A DNA stretch of 64,000 bases, taken from Paragordius varius. Its lineage: Eukaryota > Animalia > Nematomorpha. Made by a program: the position numbers and the translations under genes. Under the pieces are notes generated by a model. The model had not been told where the DNA came from and did no database searches. It saw nothing but the letters and a program-made list of their open reading frames with translations. Location: NCBI GenBank assembly GCA_964247055.1, contig OZ176054.1, positions 1,550,001 to 1,614,000 on the forward strand. The letters run 5' to 3'. Shown here piece after piece: positions 22,066 through 35,625 of the stretch; the first letter of the stretch is position 1; each line of letters begins with the position of its first letter.

Positions 22066-25000
22066 GTTACGACAATTTGAATAATATTGTAGAAAGGAAA
22101 CAAATTTATATAATTAACACAACATATAATATATCGTAAATTATTTTGTTTTTAGTTTCGTGGTGGTTAAATACTATCTATGTTCTGAAATTAAAATATT
22201 ATTTATTAATCGGCTTTATGATTCGATCAGGCGCCATGGCGGTTGGGAATCGACAACATTAAATATAATTATCATTTTTTCTTTTAAAGTAAAAAGTTCA
22301 AACCTTTGCAACATGAAACGTTTGACAAACTTTATTTTAAAATATATTTTACAGTGTATATTAACCAATCTGCACTATTATTTTATAGTATTATTTCATT
22401 TATCGTTTTCACCTAATAATTTTACATCATTCATTTAGAGTTTTAAGTTATATTTCAAGAAAAGCAAATGACAATTCATTTAATTGTGATGGATGAATAT
22501 ACTATTTGACTAGTGACTGATATAGTTTACGTAATCGCTTTCTTTGATATGATTTCCCTAGGTTAAGACTTTACGATTTTAAACGTTTTTTTAATAAAAA
22601 TTTATTAATTTAAATTACCGTTTACCATTTCTGATATCTTCAATATGGTTTTAAGGAAAAATAGTTATTGTTCCTATTGATTCTAATATTCTAGTTGTTT
22701 GAAATCATCTATGGATAAATGCGTCTATCATATATAAACTATTTAATAAGGTTTTTATATTTTATATGTACGATTCGAAATTATTGGGTAATGTATCATT
22801 TTGCAAATTGTTTGAGCCATATATATTTATGTTATTAACATATTAAAGCTTAAAGTTCCTTTGGTTTAGCATACTTTCAGATTGTTGTTTTTAAATTATA
22901 AAAAAACTAATTAACCTTAACAAATTATTTTTGTCAATTGCTTATAGACTTTCCGTATCTTCAGCCGACAACTTCTTATTAGTTTTTTTTAAAATTACTT
23001 TACCTAAATTATGAGTGAGCGGTATCAGCGTAATAAACTACATGACTGCGACAGATTATGTCAAACACCAAACGAGAACCGTATACGAAGACACACAATG
23101 CAAAGTATAATTTCCAAAAAATATCATTATTTCGAGTGTTTCGGATAAAATTTAAATGTTAGATGTTCAGATCATAGTTAAATTTTCATATATACCATAA
23201 AGAATTAATTTAATTCTTTAGCTACAACTTTTGTGGAACTTCTTAGCTTCCATTATACAATTTGATAATTATTGAGTAGGTCTATTTTTTATAAAATATG
23301 TATATATGAACTAAAGAACGAATAAAATTTAACATTTTTCTTTTGACATTTGCTTGTTTCCGACACACTAATAAAATAAATACTACAGGCTAATGATACC
23401 CTTCTTGTGGCATATCTCATGCTGATGGGGGACATTTATGCTATTTTATACTAGCTTTTTTGAAGGATGACCAAATGTCATATTGTATGTATTCATAATT
23501 AACCTAACTGAGAGTGTCGTATAATTAATGTTCATATTTTTATACAAAAATTACAGCAAAAAGCTTTATGACATATGCCATCCATGCATTTCCTGTTCTC
23601 TTCTGACATTCGGATTTTTTTATTAAAGGATTACTCATCTATTGCAAAATCTCCTTTTCTTTTTACATAGGCAAGTTGATAAAAATTTTATTGTCAAGAT
23701 TTTGATATTTATTTTGAAAAGATAGATATCGGGACACAAAGGTTAATAAAATATGCAATTATGGTAATTTTACATCACATAATGTAGCCTTAGTTATAGG
23801 TACATATAATAACTTGGTAAGTATGATTGGCTAATTCATTGAATGATATAAAGACCTATTTTTAACGATAGAGTAAATTGCTATTGTTGTGTATCAAGGT
23901 CCTGTAATTGATGGAATACAACAAAAATTATGGGTGAACAAGTGAATGTTCAAAATATTTTTAGGCATTTTAATTTTTCTCTAATGAGCAAATAAAAATA
24001 ATACACATTATGGAATTAATATCAAACCCCCTTGAAAAAATTGTTGAATATTTAAATTTCTACTATAATTGTTAATATTGATTTGTTGTTACTTAGTCAA
24101 TAATTATGCAAAAAATGAAAATTTGTCGTTTAATGTTAGTGTTTTAGAGATAGTTGACAAAAATAAGCATATTATATAGCAAAGCATTCATGTATGGTGA
24201 TGGTCTTACTTGCGAATTAGCGTGTTATGTAATGACAAGTTTTTAATTAAAAAATGTCAGTAACATAAAAATAAGATTTGCTCAGCTTTTACACATTCAA
24301 GCATACCACCACCATTTATCGCTATATATTTATAACAAGATTTATTGGATTCACACATTTTACTATCAATATTGTGTTTGTCTTCATGAGAAAACACTTC
24401 AAAAAAACTTGTTTGCCAATTAAATTTCCAAAAAAATTATTTAATCGAAAGTTTTATATTTTTATAATATCATAAAACATACGCATGTATGAACTGGAAT
24501 AATATAGAACTTTGTTGTCAATTTGTTTTTAAAAGGATATGTAGGCATTTTAAGTGAAATGGCAAATCTGTTTACCAGACAACCCAAAATAAAATTGGAT
24601 AAAATAAATCTTTTAATGGATATTTTTATTATCTCTTAAAAGCATGTAAACAGGTTTTCGGTATTTTCCTCAAGATGAAACCCTTGCATTATATTACGAT
24701 TGCACTTTAAGATAATTAATGGTTTAAATGGAGCAAGCAACTTATCTTGGCTATTTTTTAATTCTTAAATTTGCCTGAAAACAAATAATCCCACTCCTTT
24801 TTAAACAAATAAAATTTTTAATCTTTAAATCCCAAATAAGTGAATATTTTTTGGGTTTCTGTGTAAAAATTTCCGATTTTTTATATTATTTTAATACAGA
24901 GATAATCTAAAGTTATTAAATATATGGTCATAACAAACGTATATATTATATATATATTTAATTAAACTTATTAATTTAGATTAAAATTATCTTGTTTTTG

Positions 25001-25628
25001 GTAATATTTTTCACCATTTTAATTTATTAGTTAATTTTTTTTCAAGGTGTTACACACACACACATTTAAAAATTCCCACAAGCAAAATAACTATGTAACG
25101 AAAATGGGAAACACCGTTTTTTTCCTTTGTTAAGAATAAGGAGGATGTTTTCTGTTCTTTCAGCTACTAATTATGCTAATTAATCTTATAATAAAATCGG
25201 TGTGTAAAAAGCAACATACAAACATAAAAATATTTTTTCCTATGGTGAAATTCATTTTCATTTTAGATAATTAAAAAGCATGCATGGTATATTCATTCCA
25301 AAAAAATTTGCTAAAGTGCAAAAATTTAATTTAATACATAGTAAAGAATTCTTACAGTTTTTTAAGGAGTTTTTGTCATCCCAAAGATGACATTTTGATA
25401 ATTTTACCTGTTGTTTTTTAACTTTAACCTTAAGTCTAGTTTAGTTAAATGAAAAGGAAGTTTTTAGTTTATTTTTTGGTGCATGAGAGGTGGGATGGAC
25501 CACTTATTATCATATATCTGTTAGTTGGCAGCATAAAGATTTATTATACTTATCCATTCATTCTATATAATAATTTATTTATAGCGTTTTCTAGTATTAC
25601 TGTCCTCCTTACACATACCTTACCTTAA

Positions 25629-25632
<4 letters not shown>

Positions 25633-25664
<32 letters not shown>
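25633..25664. repeat. (GT)16 microsatellite
   Basis: Read directly. Many (TA)n tracts also occur, e.g. about 10415-10450, 33433-33462 and 35090-35130. Confidence 0.95.
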
Positions 25665-25668
<4 letters not shown>

Positions 25669-26946
25669 AATTTTAATTAAATACTTTCTGTACTCTATAT
25701 ACAACTCTCTCTTTTCTAATTAAATAATTGTGGATGTGTATGTTATTTAATTTTGTTAACCAAAATAACGTTTTGTTTTTTTTCTAAAAAAGTTAATTAA
25801 ATATGGGAACTGAAATCTAACGCATATCGCTTAACACTATAACGAGATTTGAAATCAACTAACTCCTTTTTGAAATCTATCGGTATACTTTGGAAGAGTG
25901 TGTACAGCAGTTTAAATTTAATAATGATCAAATAATGATGTTCGTTTTCTAGAGATTTAGTCACTTTGTTATAAATAAGGTTATTAACTGTTTTTTTGGA
26001 ATATTATAAGAACCATCTTTCTACTTCACCTTTTTGGTCAAGATTTTTGCGTTACGCTAAATAAGGTACGAAAGTCCATTAAGATATTTCATTACGGATA
26101 CACTCACATACCATAACTAATAAATTATTTTTTTGTTTTCCCCCTGTATTGTATATATATATATATATATATATATTATTATTATATACATAACAGTAAT
26201 AGAAATAATCTTCATCTTCTATTTTTACTTTTTTAAAATCAATACAGTCTCTCACTCTAACATATATATATATATATTCTGTTTTCCATAAGAATTTTAT
26301 TTTTTGACTCAATACAATATATACATACCTTACTTAAAAGATTATAATTATCTTTATAATTGTATGAATTAGGAACACGAGATGTACCCAATTATCTCCA
26401 TATTGTGTTTCACATTCGTCGTTATAATTATAAATTTTATTTTTATAGATGAACTTTAAAGCAAAACATCTTTAAAAATATATGCATTATTTTTTATATT
26501 ACCGATTCCTAGAAATTCTTAGCTATCAGGTTTTACCATTGTCATATACAACAAAAATTTAGGCCTTTTTTACTTTATTCTTCCTAGTTTTTCAAGGTCT
26601 TTAATTATTAACCAAAAATGGACCACATTGTTTATACTTTTTCATTGTTTTAAAAAATTTAGGACCTGACTGATTGATTAAATTTGTGATGGCTTTCAAA
26701 GTTTTTTATATTAAAGCACCAAATTTTTCGAGATAAAGAAATAAATATGTCAAGCAAAAAGTTTGGATGAAATTTGCATATATTAATCTAAATCATTTTT
26801 TATGTGTATTGGCATATAAAATGCTATACACATAAGAATTTTTTTGTATCATGTTTGGTTACAATAGAATTTTTTTTTCATTTTATAATTTTTTAGATAA
26901 TGCTTGTATCAAATAATTCCTCCTAAACTTTCTCTTACTGTTAATT

Positions 26947-28321
26947 ATGACAACTACACTTGTTTGGAGTAATGTGCCATCAGCTGGTATATTACCTTTG
27001 GAAACTAAATCGATTTCCAACACACTGCTAAATACTCCCGCACCTGGTATCATTGAACCGGTGGACCTAACTAGCAATATATACGTTAAGATTGGATTTT
27101 CCCTTATTTATCTCATTATTTTTGTGGTTGCCGTGGTAGGGAACTCCCTAGTACTCTTCATAGTTTCCCGGAATTCATCGATGCAAACGCCCACAAATCT
27201 TTTTATCGCCAATCTCGCCGTTTCAGATCTCATGCTCAGTTTTCTATCCGTTCCATTTACGCCCATATCATCATTCTTGGGTTCTTGGGTTTTCGGCAAG
27301 ATTATGTGCCACATTGTCCCAATGGTACAGGGTTGTGGAGTCTACATCTCCACCCTAACACTTTCTGCCATTGCGTTGGATCGGTACGAGGTTATGTTTA
27401 AACCATTTGCTCCAAAGAAAACTAAGACACGCTGTTTCTACATCATACTTGGTATTTGGACCATGAGTTTGACCGTCGTGGCTCCTTATGCCGTATTCAT
27501 GGAGCACACAAGGGATCCTGATAACCCCAAGGCTTGGTATTGCAATGAAAATTGGCCACCTCGATTTGATAAGTTTTACTCGTACGCTTTTTTGGTCCTT
27601 CAATATTTTTTACCGCTGTGCGTTATAGCTTATTGTTATATCCGTGTATCGGCCAAAATAACTGAACGTGTCGAGTCGAAATCACGGGGACTCCTGACAA
27701 ATCTCAAACGAGAAAGGGAGGAACTAAAACGCAAGGATAGAACGAATCGTATGTTAATATCTATGGTGGCCGTTTTTGCCTTTTGCTGGTTACCCCTTAA
27801 TCTTATTCACGTTATAAAAGATGTTTATACCAAAATACTAAATTGGCCATACTTTATCGTCATCTTTTTTACGTGTCACACCATAGCTATGAGTTCAATA
27901 TGTTATAATCCGCTCATTTATGCTTGGATGAATGATAACTTCCGCAAAGAATTTAAGGCAGTCTTGCCATGTTTTAGGAACCATCGTGCGAACGGGAGTT
28001 CGGCCACCCTACCCATAACCAATGAAAAGCGAAAAGCCACAAAACTAACTAAGAGTAAAACTGTCATTGATCGCAACACAAAATTACCAGGGCAGCAGGA
28101 TAACCAGAGACAGAAATATCATATAACGTTTTACGATACTATACATAAGAAAAAATTATCGATACCCATATTGACTAAAAAGGCGGAAAGTATCAGGTCA
28201 TCCTCTACAAAATACACAGCAATTCGATCAGAAAAACTTGTCAAAGATAAATTATCAGAGCACAAGGCAGCGAATGCGTGTCAAACCGTGAGTGACCAAA
28301 CAACATTTATAAAATTCGACG
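26947..28321 (+). CDS. Class A neuropeptide GPCR, NPY/PrRP/sNPF receptor-like; main exon holding all 7 TM helices
   Basis: ORF track 26947-28473. Motifs: GN (TM1), NLAVSD (TM2), ALDRY, CNENWP (ECL2), FCWLPLN (TM6), MSSICYNPLIYAWMNDNFRKEF (TM7/H8). An in-frame TAA at 26914-26916 makes 26947 the first ATG. A phase-1 donor (G/gtataa) lies at 28322, after which the ORF becomes intron-like. Confidence 0.93.
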
Positions 28322-29505
28322 GTATAAACTTAGATGTTTCCAATCGTACGGCCATTAACCATAAACAATTAACAAGTATTTTTTTGTTTATTATTAAGTT
28401 TATAATAAAATTAGGAATTTATCAAATCTTTGTTAAGGGCATTTCAGGCCAATATAAATTTTTCTTTTTTTAAAAAATATTATTGACAAGCATATTTGAC
28501 TAGTTTTTGATACGTTAATAATTATGACATTGAAGGACTCTGAATATATTTTTTTTGAAAACTTATCTATATTCATAAAATTAACTTTCCAAATCTTTCT
28601 ACTTATTCTACATTAATTGTAACTTAACTATCTTAATGTTTATCATATCTATTATGTCTTTATTTGAATAGGTAGCACTTTCTGTGAATATCAATTTTTG
28701 ATAAAAGTAATAATAATTTAATATATATATTTTAAAGATGAAGAGTTTATGTCAGGAGTTATTGTGATGATGATAATAAAATTTGTAATAAAAATCTTTA
28801 CGACACTGAATAATAAAATTTTACTAATTTGGGATTATTAAATTAAATTCTACGAGAGTTTTTTGAGAATAATATGAAACGATGATAAATGTATATAAAA
28901 TATATTTATTAACATTTTTATTATATTATATCTAATATGATTAACTTAGTTCGACAATTTAAGTATGTATCAAGTGAAATTTGGTATTCATATTATAACC
29001 ATATGTGCTATTGACTTTATTTTTGAAATCTAACGCTTAATATGTAAATAAAAATATTTCTTCAAGTCTTTGCCTTTTAATAAGTGTCGCTGGTCTCAGT
29101 GAACTTTTTGAAAAAGGGTTTCGGTTCTTTTATTTTTTGGGTAGTTTTGTTTTATCTTCCAGTTTGCATATAAACCACAAAAAATACGCTTACTATAAGC
29201 CACACGAGTTTCTCTGCTTTTCTATGCTATGAAAATGTATAATTGATTAATAAAATAGAAAACAGTGTTAATATATAACTGTATTAAAAACAGTTACAAT
29301 TGTTTTTTGGGCATTGTTTTTAGTTATAAAACGGCATTTTTTTGTAAAACTTGTGTTTGTTCTGTCTGTAACAATTTCAGCAAAAACAATATTACCTTTC
29401 TTTAACCTCAGTCTTTTTCCTTTGACGAAAACGAAACTAAAAATTTTAAACATAGATTAATCTATAATAACTCTACTTTTATTAGTAAATAATGTTTAAA
29501 TATTA

Positions 29506-29537
<32 letters not shown>

Positions 29538-32288
29538 TTAATTTGTATAAACGGTTGTTTATCAAGTTAATTTATTTGTTAAAATGTAATAATATTATTA
29601 AAATATAAACAAAAATCACCATTTCCTACATTTTATAATTTTGTACCTTTAGTTTTCGAAATTCAAATTTAGCAAAAAGGAATCGCTAACATTTACCATT
29701 CTTAATCAAAATAATATTTTATAATCTCAGTTTAATGTCAAAACTTGCGATATAAACCAAATTTTATCTGATAATTTTGTTTCGTTTATTTGTTATTACT
29801 CCATTTATAAGGAGTCTTTTATTTTATCCCTCAAAACAACCCCTTCATATATATAAGATAAATTATCTTGTTTTGGTTTTATACATAAAATACTTTGTGA
29901 TATTTACAGGCAATAAACCTATAAATGTCAACTTAGATCAGGGGTGTCCAACATGCGGGCCGCCAAAATTTTGAAAATCCATAATTTGTGCTCAAAACAC
30001 CTTTGACATTTCTTAAACAAAATTTCAGAATAGATCTATCCGATTGACAGCGAGCTTGAGAAAGTTGTTATACCATGTTTGGATTTCATAGTTTATGTTT
30101 GGAATATAATATAAATATATATATATATTTATGCCCATATATTGGATACCCCTCTTAAGCATATTTTAATCCTATCCAAAGTTGATATTCTCTTCTTTTA
30201 TTAATAAAATAATTAATTAATTATATATAATTCCTCTCTAAACACAATGGATTACCTAATTATTATACAATAACTATGCAATTTACAAAAATTGATTTAT
30301 TTCATATTTATGATGGTGGTGATAAGCCAATAATTTTGATTTATGGATATATCATACATTATTATTGTAGAACGAGGGAGGGAGGGACGGACCAACCATA
30401 TCCACATATATGGGATGGTGATAAGGTTGTCATCTAAAAACTAATTTATATCGCTGTACAGCTAGTTCTGTTTTTATTTCATAGGTATTAGCAAATGTTA
30501 GTTAGACTGCAATTTGTTTAAGGTTTACTAAAGATTTTGGCAGTATTTTTACTTTAATTTCTCTTTCCTATGAATAATTTATGCATGAAAAGGTGTGAAA
30601 AGCATAAAGTATAATAAATAAATCTATTTATTTTGTAAATTTTTAGCATGAAAAAAAAATTAAATCCAATAATCCATATATATCACAACGTATCTAATAG
30701 AAATTTTTTCAACCTAATCTGGCAATTTTTGGATGTTACTGCTAATGACAAAAATTAACATTACTGTATCCTTTTCATAAAACATCGATTTAAAAGTTTT
30801 TTGAAATAGTTTCTATAGCAATAAAAATTTATTATAACACAAGAATGCCTAAAATTGGTGGTCCCAAAAAATTTTTAGTTTTGGTGCTTAGAAGAGTATT
30901 TTTAGATATTTAAACCATATTTAGCCATTATAAGGTTATTGTGAGCCATACAGGGGGTAAAAATTAAGAATTTTGCTCATGAAATTTGTGAGGCATCAAA
31001 TATGCAAAAACAAAGGATATTTTTAAAGACACAACGATATTTCATAATTGGTTAAAAAAGATTTTTTACATATGATGATATAAAAAATTAATTTTTTCTT
31101 AGCCCCACAGGGATTTGTTATTAATATTAAAAAATTTTAAGAACAAATTGAAAAGCATGATTCAAATTGCCGAATTGATGATGTAATGTGGCGCCAGATT
31201 TTCCAACAATACTATATAATGGGTTAAAAAAACTTTCGACTGTTTAAAGTATAAACTTCCACTTTCACTTAATTTTAATAATATATGAAATTTAATAGCC
31301 ATTTTAACAGAGATTGCATCTTTTTAGCGAATAGAAATTTATGTGTCGCATCAATTTTAATATAAAGATATATGTCTAATAAATTTGATTTAAAGTTGTC
31401 TAATAAAATTTTGACACTTATACTATTAAATAATCTAATATAAAAAACTATTCAATTGAGAGCAGGTATTCAACAATATAGTTTAAATATCATATAAGGG
31501 TTGATTAGGTGATATATTGTAATATATTTAATAATTTACTTCTTTGACCCCTATATATGTTTCGTAAAAAAATAAAATCCATAAAAATATTCCTAAAAAA
31601 TATTTTAACAAGGTTTGGTTATCATTCATCACCACAAAAATAATAGAGTCAGTGTGAATCTCTTTTTATCTAATAAATAAAAAAAATAATATACTTTTCA
31701 AAAAATGGCTTGAGTGGTATTCTTTAGTTAGATATATATGATTAAATTTTAAATTTATTTTTTAACTGTTATAACTAGAAATGTTTTTGAGCCTAATAAT
31801 ATTTTGTGAAAGGGGAATAGACTCTACTTGATCTTTGGCATCATATGAATTTTTTTTATCAACCATGTTTCATTTAAAGATTTATTATATACATATGCCT
31901 TTGAAAAATATTAAATTTATAGTTGAAAAAGGATACTAAGGATGTTGGCCTCATTTAAGAGACCAATGTATTAAGACATTACAATACAATGTTTTTTGGC
32001 AAAAATAAATTAATTTAAAAGAATATTGTGTTTGTGTGATACATGGACTAGCTATATTAAGATCAAAGAAAAATATTTCTAGTATTATTCAATTCAATTA
32101 AATTTTACAAACTTGAGTTAATCTAATTAAATGGTTGTGTTACATGAAATACTACTTGATATGTTTAGTGATAGTTTCAAAAATTTAATCAATTTTAGCG
32201 GTAAAAACTTTGTTCAATCTTCAATTACAACTTAAAACGTTTACGATAATAAAAATTTTAAGTTTGTATTTTTTATAATACAATATAG

Positions 32289-32635
32289 CAGCTGATAGCA
32301 TCAATGAGAAAAACACAAAAAATGTTTTAAGTTTTACAAGCTCTCCTCAAACTTCTGATTTTCAACGTATACCTCTATTAAATAATGATGCATTTGTACC
32401 CTCAAACGAAAATTCGTCGTTTACATTTATTCCAGAACAATATCAAAAAAGTAAACTTCAATCGCCAACAAAAGAGATAACTAATGAAGTTGAAACAAAT
32501 TTTTTTGAATCGCCAACAGAACTGGGTAACCTAACCCAAAGCCAAAGTCTTGATGAACAATATATTTTACCTGGAAACGCTAATCGGCTCCATCATAATC
32601 AAGTACATTACACGGGATATGAGATTGTTCTTTAA
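32289..32635 (+). CDS. Probable terminal coding exon of the GPCR (C-tail extension, about 115 aa)
   Basis: ATG-less open frame (AADSINEKNTK...ESPTELGNL...YEIVL*) after the acceptor caatatag at 32287-88, in phase 1, matching the 28322 donor; the spliced product would be 573 aa. The link between the exons is inferred. Confidence 0.6.
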
Positions 32636-33429
32636 TAATGTTTTCTTTATTATCCAAATGTTCCTTCACACCACATTTCCATATTTTTACATACAGTGAT
32701 AAACCAAAAATAAATCATTAAATATATTATATTATTGTAACGAAATGTTGATAATATGTTAAAAGTCAGAAAATAATTGGTTGATCTTATCGTAGATTGG
32801 TCATATTTAATTACAGCGTACTTTAAAATATAATTCTTAATTTAATAGGAAAACTAAAATTATTCAGTTTAAGGTTTCAAAAAAACAGTTCCGATTTATT
32901 AATTGCGGAATATGATAAAATAATTACGAGGTAAAAATCAAAAATATTAATATTTCCATTAACCGCGGTTCTTAAAAGGTCAAACCTTTTTCTTTAAATT
33001 GTCGCAAAACACATATTGTTAATGCTAATCTTTTAAAAAATGGCAAATTAATGGTCAAAAAGTGTTTTTGTTATTCTCATATCCGAAAAAAATGGGAATC
33101 ATGTTGCATTCAAGAAAAATCAAGTCAAAAAACTGATAATTAGGTTTTTTTAATATATCATTTTTTATTATGCAAAATGGTTAAAGATTGAAACAAAAGT
33201 TAAACTACATATTGTAAAATATAAACTAAATTCATAAAGTAAAGCGTTTAAAATCCATATTCAGATTTTTAAAAAACAAAAAAATTATTCCATGAATTTT
33301 TAACTTAGATATGGGTATTTTTAAATTAGAAAATTTAACTAGTGCATATTTTGATAACACGTACAGTAATTAAACTTTTTTTATTTTATACATAAGAAAA
33401 ATCCGTTCGGTACCTTAGATAATAAAAAA

Positions 33430-33468
<39 letters not shown>

Positions 33469-33909
33469 CTCAATAAAATCATAAAAAGGGTTATTATTAT
33501 TTATCCATCTCACGCACCGATCAGGTTAATCACGTGTTTTAATGCAAAAATTAAGATAGTGAAAAAGCATGTGCTTAAATAGTTCATAAATAATTTTATT
33601 TTGAATCTGATCCTTGCATTTTAATACTTTAAAAATGGAGAATATTGACATACCAGTTTATAAAAAGTATTATTCCAATTCAGAACTGAAAATTTATGAC
33701 AAAAACTCTTAAAACAACAGCTGACCGCTTAAAATTAGTGTTTCCCCTATAGACAGCACGAAAGAAAGCGGGTGAACATTTAAAAATATTTGAATTATAA
33801 GGGCAAACATAAAGTGATATACCCGTCGTTACTATAAATTATGTGTTAAAACCCAAAACAACCATATAGTTCTTGATATGGTAATTAGTTTCATGTTGTT
33901 GATCTTGTA

Positions 33910-34901
33910 TAGGGTTGTGATTTTGACTCCCTTTTTTGAAAAAGGGGTCAGATAGGTCATACCATATGTTATTGCCAATAATCAATAACTACATACATAA
34001 ATACTTGATTAAATTACATAAAAAAGATTTTTAAATGCATATATTTTTTTAAAGTTATACTTTCACCAATACTGATAATTTAAATTTCTACGATTGTCAT
34101 ATTATATTAAGATATTCTTTATTAATCAAATTTCCAGCAGCCTTCATGTTAACTATCGTTCACAATGGCATTAATTTTTAATCCAATATCTTTTATTATT
34201 GCCATTATGTTATAGATATTCGGCAGTCCACTATGATAAGATGTGTCGATAGACCTAATAAAAAATGATTTTTGGAATCCTTGGCCAATAATATTAATTA
34301 TTTCATTCCTACGAATATTGGTAAAGGATTTGACGGTTAATGAGATATTATTTTTACATATTCAATCAACTTCTATTATTAATCTTTATAGCATGAATCT
34401 AGTAATTCATTGGAAATCTCTCTCTATTTGGAATTAATTCGGTTTTAAACTATGAGTGAATCTCAGAAAATGTTTATTTTGAACTAAAAGTTGAGGATGT
34501 AAAAATAAATTTTGCTAAACGAATTTCTTCTTGAAAACAGAATTTTTAAGACTAAACTTAAGAAATACTTAGCTTGCTTTCTACCATCACCTTCTGTCAT
34601 ATAATTTATTTAATGAACTTCTTTTAGATGTTTCTTCATTCGATTTTTATTTTATAGTGTAATTGCATTTCTTGCGTGTAACTTGATTGATCGAAAAATT
34701 TCCACAAGATTTCATTATGATTTAAGAAGTAAAGAAAAAATGTGTATCATATGATATTTAAAGCAATATAATACATATATAAACAATATAAGGTTTTGTT
34801 TTCCTAAAAATTGTAAAATTAAAAAAATTGACCTAGGTCATTTTTTTTCGTGGTCGTGACATGGTCATGACCTAGGTCATTGACTAATGGGCACAACCCT
34901 A
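33910..34901 (-). mobile_element. Internally deleted hAT element with a DUF659-type transposase remnant
   Basis: TIRs TAGGGTTGTG/CACAACCCTA; TSD ATCTTGTA/ATCTTTTA (7/8). Minus-strand fragments FTNIRRNEIIN, FFIRSIDTS, IKDIGLKINAIV and NMKAAGNLINKEY. Confidence 0.8.
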
Positions 34902-35086
34902 ATCTTTTATTTTAGATTTTATTACCTAGTTATTATTCATTTAATTACGCCAGACTGCGCTAAAAGGGGATTGTTCGTTATCACTAAATAAAAAATTGTT
35001 TCATATAAAATTATAACTATATATTAGTTCTACGATTTAGTTGCAGCATAAATTTACGTATGTTTTTAATATAAACAAAAATTTCA

Positions 35087-35132
<46 letters not shown>

Positions 35133-35625
35133 AGGTTGCAAATAAAATATCTATACAAAAATTTAGAGTTAGTGGTTTATATGTTGCCTTACCAAAAGAA
35201 TAAATAGTGTTTGTGTCACGCTTTCGAAACATATTGATAATAGTGAACTTCAAAAAATATATATATATTTTGAGTGTTACAAGTTCCAAACACCAACTTT
35301 GATGGACACTAATTTAATTTAAACCATTGATGTATTTTAAAAATGTAGCTTATAGTTAACTAATAATAAATATATTCTATTCAGTTGATGTGCATGAGAT
35401 AATGGTTAGAAATATATGATTTTTCAACTATTTCATTATAAATTTATTTTAATGAATTGTCAAAAAAAGTATAAAAATGATTTTATAAAAAACGGATATA
35501 CAAAAATTAGCGCAAAGTGTCAATATCATTCATTACATATTTTCCATGAGATCAAAATTAAAAAAATTATTATATAAAATTTGATTATAATGATTTGAAT
35601 CATATGGCTTAGTACATTTAAATAC

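Noticed and set aside
22160-22290. IRRHGGWE resembling a Bcl-2 BH2 motif, with SWWKI at about 21225 as BH1
   Set aside because: The key Trp is missing, the two pieces do not splice in frame, and the match is too short to exceed chance.
22480-23104. In-frame TGA codons within protein-like frames, suggesting TGA=Trp recoding
   Set aside because: All Trp codons in the four confident genes are TGG and none needs TGA read-through; these frames are unverified.
26883-27603. Minus-strand ORFs of 64, 68 and 82 aa
   Set aside because: Antisense shadows of the GPCR coding sequence.
29939-30154. CAGGGGTGTCCAAC..TTGGATACCCCTC small hAT-like MITE
   Set aside because: Plausible, but no 8-bp TSD could be confirmed, so it is not listed as a feature.
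32560-32700. Minus-strand frame WKCGVKEH..HIPCNVLDYDGAD* as the last ADAMTS exon overlapping the GPCR exon
   Set aside because: No suitable in-phase AG acceptor upstream.
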